From positions 186,001-250,000 of the forward strand of contig NW_026781894.1 of assembly GCF_031769215.1 (NCBI RefSeq): a stretch of DNA of 64,000 bases. Reading direction: 5' to 3'. This document shows positions 1 to 11,936 of this stretch, piece after piece. The number at the start of each line of letters is the position of its first letter. Positions within the stretch are counted from its first letter, which is position 1. The notes under the pieces were generated by a model. That model did not search any database. It had not been told where the DNA came from and worked only from the letters and a program-made list of their open reading frames with translations. The translations under genes were made by a program, and so were the position numbers. Origin of the DNA: Ylistrum balloti (lineage: Eukaryota).

Positions 1-1077
1 ACTAATTGACATATGTATTATATATATGTTCAAAAGAGTTTCGTTAAAACAATAATTCGCCACGGTCAGTTTCATGAACAAATATTTTACACATTAAATT
101 CTATCTTCACACCTATAAAATAAACATCACATTGTTTTATCATTATAGCAAATGTAAGTTTGCTACGATGTTTCTTGAATTCTGATAGAAAGAATTTGCT
201 TTGAAGAAGTAGCAAAATCACACTGTTAACATTCTTACAATGCTACAGGTACATTTTTGTGAATACCTTTTATTTTGTTTCGTCGTTGTACAAAATTAAA
301 TGTTTTATTCTAATTGATGTTTGCAGGAATACATCCGATTAGTAATTTTGTCTTGAGTACATGTATTTGGATAACATTCGATGTTAGGAAATATTAACAA
401 TTGTCAAGGTTTAATATACATATTAACTCTTACGGTTCTCAAAATGAGACAATTGATGATGATCTTTTCTTTAAAGACTCTGTTTTCTTCATGTTACTTG
501 TAAGTGCCATATGTAAGATTAATCAAGGGTTATTATTACTTATGTGTTTAAACACAAAATTGTCAAAGTGTCTTATAATAATCACATTTACTGTTAAGCA
601 TTAGTCTACATGCATTGTAATTATAGGAAATAGTTTTCTTACTATTTTTAATGGATTTTATTTGATCAATCTTACATATATATATGACCTTGATATATTA
701 CACGGCAATACAAAGTATCAAAATACATGCATTAATGACGCATACTTATGGCTTTTATTCAAAAATAATTTCACAATGAATCTATAGCTGAATACCATTA
801 AGGACATGATATAATGTCTTGTTCAATAAAATATAATTTCGGTATATAGTTAACATACTTCCATGATCTTTATAGACAAGTAATTTGATGTATTCATGTA
901 AAACTATTTAACAAAATGCTTCTGTATTGAATATTAAATTCGACATAATTTCTGTAATAAAAAACCCATATCGAATAAGCGAAAAAATCCATTGATAACT
1001 TTTACTAAAAAAATTATTCAAGAATTCCATAAGAAACAACAAATATCTTAGTAAATGAACATTTACTATATACTTAC

Positions 1078-1529
1078 TTGGTAGTTTTGGAGGTTTGTAT
1101 CGTGTACATTGTAACCAAGGGTATTGTTTACTCGAGTCTGGCGATTGTGGATCTGTTACCTGAGATGCTTCGTCTATGTTTCTTTCACCAATGTCGTCTT
1201 CATCAGTTTCTGGATCTTCTCGTCTTTCATTCAGTATTCTATCGATAGAAAACTTCACATCAGGTTCGGTATTTTTATGATTTGTTGTGCCTCCTTCGGA
1301 ATCATTTCTTTGTTCTGAAGGTCTCGAAAAGTTCATGGATGTCAAATCCGTAGGTCCTCGAAAATTTGATGAATTTTGTGAAGATAAGAATTGTCGAACT
1401 TGTGAAGGATGGCAGGCTACTGGAGCATAGAAAATCGGTCTTCGACCCTGCATGTTGCTATAAAAAGCATAATTTGCAGCAAATATGGACGCAAACATAT
1501 CCATATTTGAAAAACAAATTTGTCTTTTG
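1078..1529 (-). CDS. Coding exon of an ANTP/NKL-class homeobox gene, probably Msxlx-like; homeodomain exon is outside the window (<1)
   Basis: Open frame ...MDMFASIFAANY...KFSIDRIL...YPWLQCTRYKPPKLP(R). FSIDRIL is an eh1 Groucho-binding motif. A phase-1 donor CCA A|GTAAGT ends the exon at 1078. I recall the TRYxPPKLPR pre-homeodomain motif from Msxlx-type genes. In-frame ATG at 1504; a polypyrimidine tract and AG give a possible acceptor at 1529/1530. Confidence 0.7.
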
Positions 1530-3420
1530 CTATTGTCATATACACATAGAAGAAATGAAGAAATCAAAAGAACGATACAGAGAATATCATATCAGTAGTA
1601 TATGCAAATAACTTAACTAGCCTTCTAAACTTCACTGAAATGTGAAATCTCCAACTGCTGTAACCATTTTGTTGTTCTTATGTTAATTCTGTGTGTCAAT
1701 GTTAAAAATACAGGTGTCGTCTATTAACAAGGCGATAACCAGGCTACTTGTTCCGTCCTCCTCACTGATAAAGAAACTAACGATCGACTAATGATAGGTG
1801 ACTTAAATTTGACAATATGATGATTCAGTTCACATCAGCACGCATGCGTATTTAGTTCTCGTTTACCTGGTCACGCCCACCTTTGTTCACCAGGTAGGCC
1901 TCCTCAACGACGAAAGGATTAAGATAAATTGTGTAAAATTATCTTACGCCATATGTTCTCCCGTGCTTCCGTATTATCAAGAACAGATTTCATTAACAAA
2001 AGTATTAATTAGGATGGTTACTAATTTCTTTAAGAATTGTCAAGAAAATGTCTTTCAAATATGCTTTTTAAGAGTCATATAACTAGCGGTTTATGATAAA
2101 GGTTTCTCATGTTCAATGAGAATAGAATACCCATTCATTAGCTGTACCATATCCTATTTCACACAACAGGTTCAAATGGGTATTTCATTAGCCTCTTTAA
2201 ATGATAGAATCGTCAGCAAGGCAACGAATTCATGATTCATTAGAAAGCGTCGATACCAGAATAATAAGAAAAAGTGTAAAATTCCAGGTAAGGATCAATG
2301 CTGACATGTATAAATAAGAAGTACAATTGTGCTCCATTAGAAAGCATTGCACATAAACACGCAGGTAATGATGAAAAATGAAAAGGAACAGAACATAATA
2401 AAAGAATCAGGAAATTAAAACATACAAGTAGCTGACTGCTCAGCTTCACTATGTAGGGATCAGTAAACAAATAAACAACAAGTAAATAAGACATTATCAA
2501 TTCCTTAACTCATCATTAGGTCCTAAAACAGATCTACAGGTTATCGTGTTCATTTCGATGTGTGAAAAAATATATTATTGGCAGTTACCTTGTCCAAACA
2601 TTGTTAGTACAATAATAATTACAAGGTTCGTTCGTTGTATGTTAGGAAAGCACGTTTTGGGATAAATTTATGATTTAAGATTTTGTCTGCAATTAGTATT
2701 TGAATAGCTTTATTGTTAAAATTAAATTAAATTTGATGTAGTAATGTTTAATTACAAGTATTCTTTGGTTTTTATTGAAGTTATTTTTACTAGTTTTGTG
2801 GTTTTATTTTCTTGCCGAAACGAATGTCATTGTAGAAAGAAACGACCAAATGAATCAATATACGTGAATAGTGACTGCAGCAGCTGAGCTAAACTCTCGG
2901 CCCTCCGCTAAAAACTCTGGATACATTGTACTGAGCTCATTAATCCGGCGTTTGTTGCAGGCTATCAGAGGGAGAAATATTATCATTGCTGGTGATGATA
3001 TGTAATAATAACAAGTAATCTGGAAGGTTAAATGTTTTACGCTTGGGTAGAATTTGAATCACATAATCAATGATGGCCTAGATTTGTCGTTTAACATTCA
3101 AGGAAACTTGACAGATAGAAAGATTATGAAACTAGTATTAGTTATTGAAACATATATTTAAAAAAAGTGTGTTCTACAGCTGTCTAGGAAAACTATTGCA
3201 CAAATAACATAATGAAAATGTAAAATTACATCATAAACTGTTTTGTTTTCTTTAATGGTGATTCTAGCATATAGCACCGATTTTCTGTTGATTAAACCGA
3301 ACCTTGAATGATGTGGATAGCATACAAACTGTATAAAATAATAATTCATAGTGACAGGGATACGTTTCCCTCACCTATCACGCGTAACCATCGTGTATGA
3401 TATATCTTCACCCAAAAAGG

Positions 3421-4440
3421 TTTATAGGCACATACTGTGTCTATTACTAAATCCCTTCTTTTATCGGTACATACTGTGTCTATTACTAAATTCCTTCTTT
3501 TATCAGCACATACTGTGTCTATTACTAAATCCCTTCTTTTATCGGTACATACTGTGTCTATTACTAAATCCCTTCTTTTATCGGTACATACTGTGTCTAT
3601 TACTAAATCCCTTCTTTTATCAGCACATACTGTGTCTATTACTAAATCCCTTCTTTTATCGGTACATACTGTGTCTATTACTAAATTCCTTCTTTTATCG
3701 GTACATACTGTGTCTATTACTAAATTCCTTTTTTATCGGCACATACTGTGTCTATTACTAAATCCCTTCTTTTATCGGTACATACTGTGTCTATTACTAA
3801 ATTCCTTTTTTTATCGGTACATACTGTGTCTATTACTAAATTCCTTCTTTTATCAGCACATACTGTGTCTATTACTAAATCCCTTCTTTTATCGGTACAT
3901 ACTGTGTCTATTACTAAATCCCTTCTTTTATCAGCACATACTGTGTCTATTACTAAATCCCTTCTTTTATCGGTACATACTGTGTCTATTACTAAATCCC
4001 TTCTTTTATCGGTACATACTGTGTCTATTACTAAATTCCTTCTTTTATCAGCACATACTGTGTCTGTTACTAAATTCCTTCATTAATTTTAAATACTGTA
4101 GCCATAATTAAATTCTTTCTTTTATCGGCACATACTGTGTCTATTACTAAAATCCCTTCTTTTATAGGTACATACTGTGTCTGTTACTAAATTACTTCAT
4201 TGATCTTAAATACTGTGTACATAATTAAATTAATTCTTATATCGGTACATACTGTGTCTATTACTAAATTCCTTCTTATATCGGTACATACTGTGTCTAT
4301 TACTAAATCCCTTCTTATATCGGCACATGCTGTGTCTATTACTAAATCCCTTCTTTTATCGGTACATACTGTGTCTATTACTTAACCCCTTCTTTTATCG
4401 GCACATGCTGTGTCTATTACTAAATTCCTTCTCATATCGA
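3421..4440. repeat. 39-bp minisatellite
   Basis: Tandem unit CATACTGTGTCTATTACTAAATCCCTTCTTTTATCGGTA with variants (TCC/CCC, CAG/CGG), degenerating after about 4070. It explains the 13-aa-periodic ORFs in the track. Confidence 0.97.
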
Positions 4441-5121
4441 GACATCCTTTTACAAAAAGTCATTCAATATATCGGTAAATACTGTGTAGTTTACTAAATC
4501 CATTCACACATTGCTCAAAGATGGCAAAGATACTAAAATTATCTTGAAATTTGCTTACTTCTACACAATTGTTTATCTATTTTTACTTTTTTTAAAAATA
4601 TGATAAGAGTTGTTTCAATTACTTACGTATACATTATAATGTAAGACTTTCTACACATCAGCATGAAACCGTATGAAACCATTCAACAATTACATTCGTT
4701 TCAAGGGTAGAATAGAAAGGAAGAGGTATATAGTGTAAATGCCTTGACTAGACCAGTGAAAGCAAGGTTAGTGGGATGTGAAGACATCTCTAGTCTTCAA
4801 AGGTTTTGCAGAATCACCAAATCTTCGAAGTAAACTAAATATGTGGGTTGGTTTGTGTTTTGAATAAAAACGGATATAATTTATTGTATCATAGTTTATG
4901 TACATTTGTATATGATTAATTGAGCTTGTAAGTTGATAAAGTTATTTTCTTTTTATTTTTTGACTATCAGTTTTTCTGTGTTCATCTTTCATTCAAATAA
5001 AATAAACATTTACTTAAACAGATTGTATTCTAAATCTTAAGTATACAGTATTTCATTTTTAAAATGATATCCGATGAAATATCTAACAATTTTTAAAAAT
5101 CAATAAACATGTATTGCTTAC

Positions 5122-5150
5122 CTTCCTGAGCAGATAGTCATATAACCCAT
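5122..5150 (-). CDS. Possible first coding exon (MGYMTICSG-S) of the homeobox gene
   Basis: ATG at 5150, 29 nt, then a strong donor GGAAG|GTAAGC. Phase 2 matches the AATAG|C acceptor at 1529. Inference only. Confidence 0.35.
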
Positions 5151-5905
5151 TGTTTACCCCTTGTTTAGTTAACATGCATAAACACAGTCAAAGAAAGAGT
5201 GTTCCAATGTTTCGTTACCATGCTTTCAGAATGTACAATATTGAACATAAAATAGTTTGTTAAAAAATGTATGCAAAGGCAGACATTTTGTTCCCATTGT
5301 GGTTTATTTCGTGTCTTTCCAATACGGTTGCATCCTCGTAGCGTCTGCTGAAACTCTAAAGAACAATGGTAAAAGCGAGGACACCCATCAACCAACCAGC
5401 CAACAAACAAACCTGTCGCTCCCCTTGTGTATCCAGAACACTGACATTCGTCGGCGAAACAACATCTAGGAGATGAAAAACCAGGACCAAACAACCAATG
5501 GCCAACAAACTTTCTGTTTTTACAATAGCAATGAATCATAATATCCTAACACTAGGTTGATGGATGCAAGCATTTCGTATTATCTGTCTGTATTGTTCTT
5601 TCAAGTGTTTATCTTACATAACTAAAATAAAATTTGAAAAAGGCACCATTTTAGAACTCGTGTGAAGATTATAGTCTTCAATGCTGAAAAAATCGTTGTA
5701 CAGAAACCACGAAAACCATGTTTTTCCATGAACTGAAATAGTTTACAAAATACCTTTCTTCAAGTTCACCTTGTTTTTTTAGTTAAAGTATTTAATATAT
5801 CTTTCCGGGAACTATTCATATATCTATATATGCAATGTGTCTTCTTTTATCTTGTTGATATCTAAGTGAATGAGCATATCACGCTTAACAGTGCATCTAA
5901 CTTAC

Positions 5906-6030
5906 CTTATTAATAGGCCTCTGTTTTCCGGATTTGGTACACACAAGGCACGTGGATCCATCACCGCTACTGGTGAGAGTGACGCACATTGGATGTCAAA
6001 CACACTATGACGTTATTACTGTCACGTCAT
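5906..6030 (-). promoter_or_regulatory. Candidate promoter and non-coding first exon
   Basis: CpG-containing stretch with CRE-like TGACGT motifs and a CCAAT, ending in a consensus donor ATAAG|GTAAGT at 5906/5905. Confidence 0.3.
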
Positions 6031-6559
6031 TCAGCTTCAATGATTACATGTACACGCTCATTGATAACAGTTGATGGGCACAAAATATAGATATTAATCA
6101 AAATATGTCGAATTTGATTATTTACGTGCCATGAAACTATGGTCCCGTCTGATATTTTGTCACCTCGTCGTTAATAGAAATGCTTAGGCAGAAAAAAGTC
6201 AGGTTCTCGTTTAATCGAGTACAAAATAAAAGTTGTTTCAAATGAATACAAAAAGATCATACACATTTTCATACAAATTTCTGTATGGCCCTGTCCAAAG
6301 GCTTAAAAACTGAGCATAAAAATGACATTCATTTCATTTCTCATAATTCTTTCTAAAAGCTGTACCAGTGACTTCTTCCAATATTTATTCTGAACATTGA
6401 TAGTACATTGGTAGTATAGATCCTGCTGGGCTTATATTGATCCTATATAGTCCCCATCCATCCTCGTTCCCAGGTGAAAATCGCACTTATATAAGAGATA
6501 GTTTGATTTTCAACTAGGGCCGTGGATGGTTCCCTATAGATTCCATATTTTAAATGGGA

Positions 6560-6830
6560 GAGCGCTAGGCCTAATATCTTGAAATAAATACGTTCACATA
6601 TTGGTGCTCAAAGTTCCAAAGTTGGATAAATGATGGGATCTTAAGACCAACCGACGGGGATTTACCACATCATATATACGGGAAATTTGGCCTAATGTCA
6701 CGTTTATTGTTCAAGAGAGTTACCAATACTTGTTATTAATACCGAAATTGGTCAAGTACGATATTCTGGGACCAGAATGTAAATCACTTGTATCCAACCG
6801 AAAATTGCATTCAGAGGGTAACTAAATTTT
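6560..6830 (-). mobile_element. Highly decayed Penelope-like retroelement RT remnant
   Basis: Broken frames give FRLDTSDLHSGPRISYLT and NKRDIRPNFPYI*CGKSPSVGLKIPSFIQL. These resemble the recalled bivalve Penelope-like RT segment LEIKDTTESNTSASYLD...DKRDDFNFHITNFPFLSSNIPSSPAYGVFISQL. Many stops. Confidence 0.3.
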
Positions 6831-7880
6831 GTTCAAAATGAGATCAGGTTTACCTCTTCAGTAGTTAATGAAGACCAACATTTAAACCTTGAGAGCCAAC
6901 AGCACGTTTAATCTGTATTGAGATTCTTGCACGTTGTAAAACATTCATCGGACAATGAATGGCGTTGCGTGACTGTAAAGGGTTTAGTGCATAACGATAT
7001 TTCCACTGGAAAAAATTTTAGATACCAGAGCAGAAATATATTATTGTCTTAGCAATATCATATTTATTATTTTGTTCAATTTGGGCTATAAACATGCATT
7101 TCCAGAATGTTTGAGTTTTGAAATTAAGTGTTTATAATCTGTTGATCTGACAGAATAGTAGCTGGGCATTTGGTATTATAGTAGTGGTATAATTTTCTTC
7201 TGCAATAGCGGCGGAGAACTGTTCGCTAAATTCATTCGTGAGCGAAGTCCTGCTTTTTAAATCTCTCGTTTTCTGTTATCTAAATAATTTTCTAGTCATT
7301 GAAATTCTTCGTATATAACCTTTAGATCAACTAATGTAATGTGCATGTTTTTAAGAAAACCATCGTCTACGCAGTAAGTTTTGGTATAACGTGTTGTTTG
7401 GTCATTTTCATGTTAACATGTTAACATATGAAAGCGAGATGTGAACGACTTTCAAAGTTCATGTAAGTGATCGGTATTAGTATTTTCAGAAATGCTGTTG
7501 TTTCAATATTAAACTGCAACATTTCCAAGGGTCAAAGGTACTAAGTGAAGGGGATCCATCGATTGCTTGGGGAAAATATCGATTCATTGAAAGGTGTATA
7601 TAAAATAATGATAAAAAATCAACATAACAGTCATTGTTTGTGTTTATTTGTGCGGGTATGTTTTAAAAACTGGCACGTTAATTTAGGCACTTATAGAAAA
7701 TTTATTATACATAGCAGGCACGGGGTTAACTACTGTCATATAATAACTGATCCCCTTTGAATCTGAAGTGTCAGAATGACGAGAAATTACATTATATTGT
7801 ACTCAATGATATGGAGAAAAGGGAGTACATATTAGTATTCAGAAACTAACGAAAGTTATTACTTACCATAGACATTCCAT

Positions 7881-7901
7881 AAAAAAAAAAAAAAAAAAAA
7901 A
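7881..7901. repeat. Poly(A) tract, 21 nt
   Basis: Seen directly. Confidence 0.95.
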
Positions 7902-8156
7902 CGCGTCTTCTTGTCTTATATATAAAATTGGTTGCACCAGTGCATCATATATTGACATACGCGTTAGGTGTATACACACTAAACCCTGATGTCACGTGTA
8001 CTCCGTCTCCATTATATTGTCTGTTGAAACAATGTAGTCCATTTGTCGGAACTATTTACAATCTTATCTTAAAACTGACAAGTTAATTCTCCGTCGTGAT
8101 ATGGTGGAGGTATATCGATCTAATGTTTTGTACATATCAAACCAGAGTTTAAGCTA

Positions 8157-8620
8157 GACGTGATTTTGAACGGTGGATGTGAATACACTGAAGATGATAT
8201 GATAAAAATGTTTTAATTCAGGTTTGACACAGACCATCAACCGGCAATTGGCATTCCCAAAGAAACTAATCATGCCACATTCTTGGCTGATCGACTTCTT
8301 TACACAATGTCCAGCGAATGGTAGCGTGACAAGTACAGCAATGGAAAGCAAGGACCTGCCAGTCTTATAATGAGGAGCTTACCTCGATATATACTTACTA
8401 AAGTACCAAGATAGGAAAAAAATCCACTAAGATGTACAATTTTCATGTCTATATTACTTCTTTCTTGATAGTTACAATCATGCTTCCCCAATATATCGCA
8501 TTGCTGTGAATTTGGTATTGTAAGACTTGTTTCCGACAATTTGCCGATCAATGATGGAAGAATACAAGAATTTAAGAGAATTATCTTTTTCCGATAGGAC
8601 GTTAGACACATTCAGCGATC
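8157..8620 (+). mobile_element. Decayed Penelope-like retroelement RT fragment
   Basis: Frame reads EYTEDDMIKMF*FRFD..GIPKETNHATFLADRLLYT (motif at 8250-8303). It resembles the recalled motif KYTEDDIIKMLEFL..GIPMGTNCAPLLADLFLY. In-frame stops are present. Confidence 0.55.
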
Positions 8621-8983
8621 GTTAGCACATAGGTTTCTTCATTTTGATTTTGACAAAGCGGCATTACTTGGATTTACCAGCATATAAATGGTGATGTCGA
8701 CAATAGAGCTTTTGGTTTACTTTATTGAACGGCAATAGTGTCTATATGCACTAAACCGTAGGCCTTGGCGAAATCTAACACAGACTCTCAGACAACAGGC
8801 TGAGTGATTCCGGCCTGTCTAGATATTGGTTGATATTTGTCCTTTAAATATTTCAACGGTGCTTCCATCACCATGCAGCCGTACTATCAATTAAATTTCG
8901 TCTTCTTCAACGAGATCTTAGATGTACACGATTTCGTAAGTTTCCAAACTAGTCAATTCTTGTTACCCAGATCTCGTCTTTAA

Positions 8984-9005
8984 ATATATATATATATATA
9001 TATAT
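8984..9005. repeat. (TA)n microsatellite
   Basis: Seen directly. Confidence 0.95.
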
Positions 9006-10050
9006 TACATGAGTGTAAGGAATACATGTGTATCTAGAGCCAAACACGTGATTTTCAGAGATACGCCAAAAATCATATTTCTCTTCTTCCAAGAAACATA
9101 TCGCCGTTTTATAAAAATCAGCATTTCAACAAATAAACCAACAAAAATACGTTTCTGTGGATGTTCATAACGCTCTTCGATCTCTTTGTATCAACCTTAG
9201 CTGCGTTCAGCTTTCTTGATATTGGAGTTCGATGACGTCACAAACGGTCATACAAAAAATTCCACTGTTCTACGGTATCGACGCTCTTTTAATCATCTTT
9301 TATTGCAATTATGAGTAGATTAGATCAGCTTTTGATTTGGTATTGTCTTAATATTACCGTAGCTTTAGATTAGATCAAAACATTAACTGCACTGTTATAG
9401 CCCGTGGACAAAGCTATATAGCAGATGTAAAACCAGGTATCCAATGTACCTTAATTATAAATTTGTGCATTGAGCCATCATTCATTCGTTCATATTGGTT
9501 TATGCCGTTTTCTTCGGTAGTGGACTGATGTGCCGCAATATCTGTGTGGGTTTTTATAGCTTTATGGTAGAATCATACTAAATCATTGGGTTATGAAAAT
9601 ATATAGACACTGGATTAGCGCTACATGTTGTAGTCTTCTACACTGGCGCACATCATCATTTTGAACAAGAAAATAATGAAATGGAGGCATGGAGAGACTG
9701 ACAAGACATGATTATTTTTGATTAGTCAGCATATTATCTCAAAAAAGCGTTTAAATTGTATACTTTAATTACATATTTGAAAAGATCCTATGTTGTCTTC
9801 ACCTTCGGCAGAAATTCATATCTAGAAAATGGTATCTTCAAAATGCATATATTTGAATCAAGATCACCGCTCTCTTTTAACCCTTTTTACAACGTAGTTT
9901 TCTATGCGTGTAATATAGCTTTTGATGGAGCACTGTTTGGATACAATAAACAATGATATTTACAAGTAAAGAAATAGTTCTTTATCAATAAATGCACGTT
10001 TACTATACATCGGGTGGCACACTCGTGATACATGTAAATGTTTATTTGTA

Positions 10051-10170
10051 GGGTGGTCGGGTGGCACACTCGTCTTAAACTATACGTCCGGGGTTCGATT
10101 TCCCACCCTGACGTGAAAAGGTATGGGGGTCACCTGCCCGACCATGTGGGTTCCCCAACACGCTTCCATT
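10051..10170 (+). mobile_element. tRNA-derived SINE (5' head and core)
   Basis: A-box-like GGTGGTCGGGTGG and B-box-like GGTTCGATTTCC (about 10092-10103), followed by GACGTGAAAAG...CTGCCCGACCATGTGGGTT as in recalled mollusc SINE cores. No tRNA cloverleaf. Confidence 0.6.
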
Positions 10171-10799
10171 CGTACAAACAAGTTATTAGTTTGATGTTTG
10201 TATCATGAATTCACAACTGCATATTAGATCTGTATATAAAAAGTCACCCCTAGGTCCTATCCAGCTACCATGGTTTAGACAATCAGCACTTCACTTTTTA
10301 TTTCATTAAAGTGACAACATGCACTCAAACAATTATAGTAAAGCCTCGCTCTAAGATAGGTTTGCTATTAAGATCATTTCCGGTAAATATATAGAATCTA
10401 GTAAGTAATTTCGACGGTTTGGTCCAGTATTGGTACTGGATCCTAACCAACAAATGTTCGTTGGATGCGTATTACTGGAATAGATATATGATCAATGAAG
10501 TAATAACGACAGTACGGACAAGTTAATTACCAAATTTTCGATGTAATCTGCACCTTTATCGAGAAACCTAAATTTGCACAACCGCTCTCGATATAACTTT
10601 GTATTTGTTTTAAGTTCTATGTATGTTATGTAATATTTTTGTGTTAATGATGGTGTAGATTGCCTGAAAATTTTGACACTACGTACTGTCGTTATCACTG
10701 CGCACGTCTTCGTATGGAGTAGTATTAACAAGAGATCCCAAATGGATCTTAGTGCCCCACCATTGTTTGATCTTTCTTTTGCTTTCCCTTCTTTCATCT

Positions 10800-11110
10800 A
10801 TTTTTGCAATTGGTATATGAAATTCAATAGTCCCTTTAAGAATAGCCATAACGCTCTTATCTGCCAATTCCAAGATGGTCGCCCTACGGCCATTGCTTTG
10901 ATCAGTCCCAATACAAAACGGGCACAAGGGGGTACCTCTAAATTTGAGATCAATCCAGTTCTCAAGAAATTGTAATAACACACTTTCGTTGGTGAAATCC
11001 CAAAATGTTGTCCTGTCGACCATTTTCTTCTGATCAGTCCCACAACCAAAGTCCAAGACGGCCTCCTGTTGGCCATTTTATTTTTCTGATCAATCAAATG
11101 GGCACAACTT
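10800..11110 (-). mobile_element. Helentron-like non-autonomous (HINE) element fragment
   Basis: Two internal copies of GGGACTGATC...AATGGC...GGCC(G/A)TCTTGGA on the minus strand. The same family occurs at 18600-18790 and 51132-51545. Confidence 0.6.
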
Positions 11111-11199
11111 TGGACCCAGGGGAAGGCCTGCATTGCGCACATTGTGGAATTCACTGAAGTTGATAAACTAAAGGAAAGGCATTTGATATAGTTATTTTC

Positions 11200-11812
11200 C
11201 ATATCAGGCCCATCCCAACTCCTAAGAGAACTTCACCAAGGAAAACTTCAGATTAAATCTTAACAAAATTGAACCCTTCAAACCAAAGTAAGATTTTCTC
11301 TATTTCTACTATTGAGCCCCACCACTTCTGCCCTAAAGAGCCAAAACCCACCGTTGATACACAATTGATACCCTTCACTGAAGCATGTCTTGAACCAAAT
11401 CGGGACAGAATCTAGGCATTCCTACACAAGAACAAAAATTCTAAAGAATTTCCCCCATTTAGCCCCACCCTTCCTACTTGAGAGGGCTGAAATCCATCAT
11501 TTTTACAAAACTGATTTGCTGCACTCAAGCAATGCTTTAAACAAAATTGGAACATCCAGTTTATTCCAAAAGACAGAGGATGAGAATTTGCTCCATTTCC
11601 CTGATTGGGCACCGCCCCTTGTGGCCACAACCCCAAGTTTATATAACCTTAATTCCTTATGCTTCAGACCAAACTTGGTCAACAAAAATCCCATCCTTAT
11701 TCATGACTAGTAGTGATTTATAGGAAAAGTTGACAAATGATGGACAGATGTTTGATGCTGCAATATCCCTATAGCTCAACTGGCTCTTTTGGCCATGTGA
11801 AATAAAAATAAA
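11200..11812 (-). mobile_element. HINE-like element
   Basis: Minus-strand 5' end TTTTTATTTCACATGGCCAAAAGAGCCAGTTGAGCTAT resembles the TTTTAGCTCACCTG..GTGAGCT terminus of bivalve HINEs. It is followed by a degenerate CATC/CTGT microsatellite. Confidence 0.55.
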
Positions 11813-11936
11813 GAACAAAACACAAGTTTACCAGTTCACTGTCAACATGTTTAATGTCTATATGACACAGCACTTCCAAGTATTATCCATCTGTCCCATT
11901 CTGTAAGTATAAATAAGTTTTCACTGCTGTCATCAA

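Noticed and set aside
3351-4385. Long ORFs with repeats SITKSLLLSVHTV and YILCLLLNPFFYR
   Set aside because: Translations of the 39-bp minisatellite; no independent coding evidence.
10492-11710. Cluster of overlapping 60-135-aa ORFs on both strands
   Set aside because: They coincide with GC-richer HINE repeats; no recognisable protein motif.
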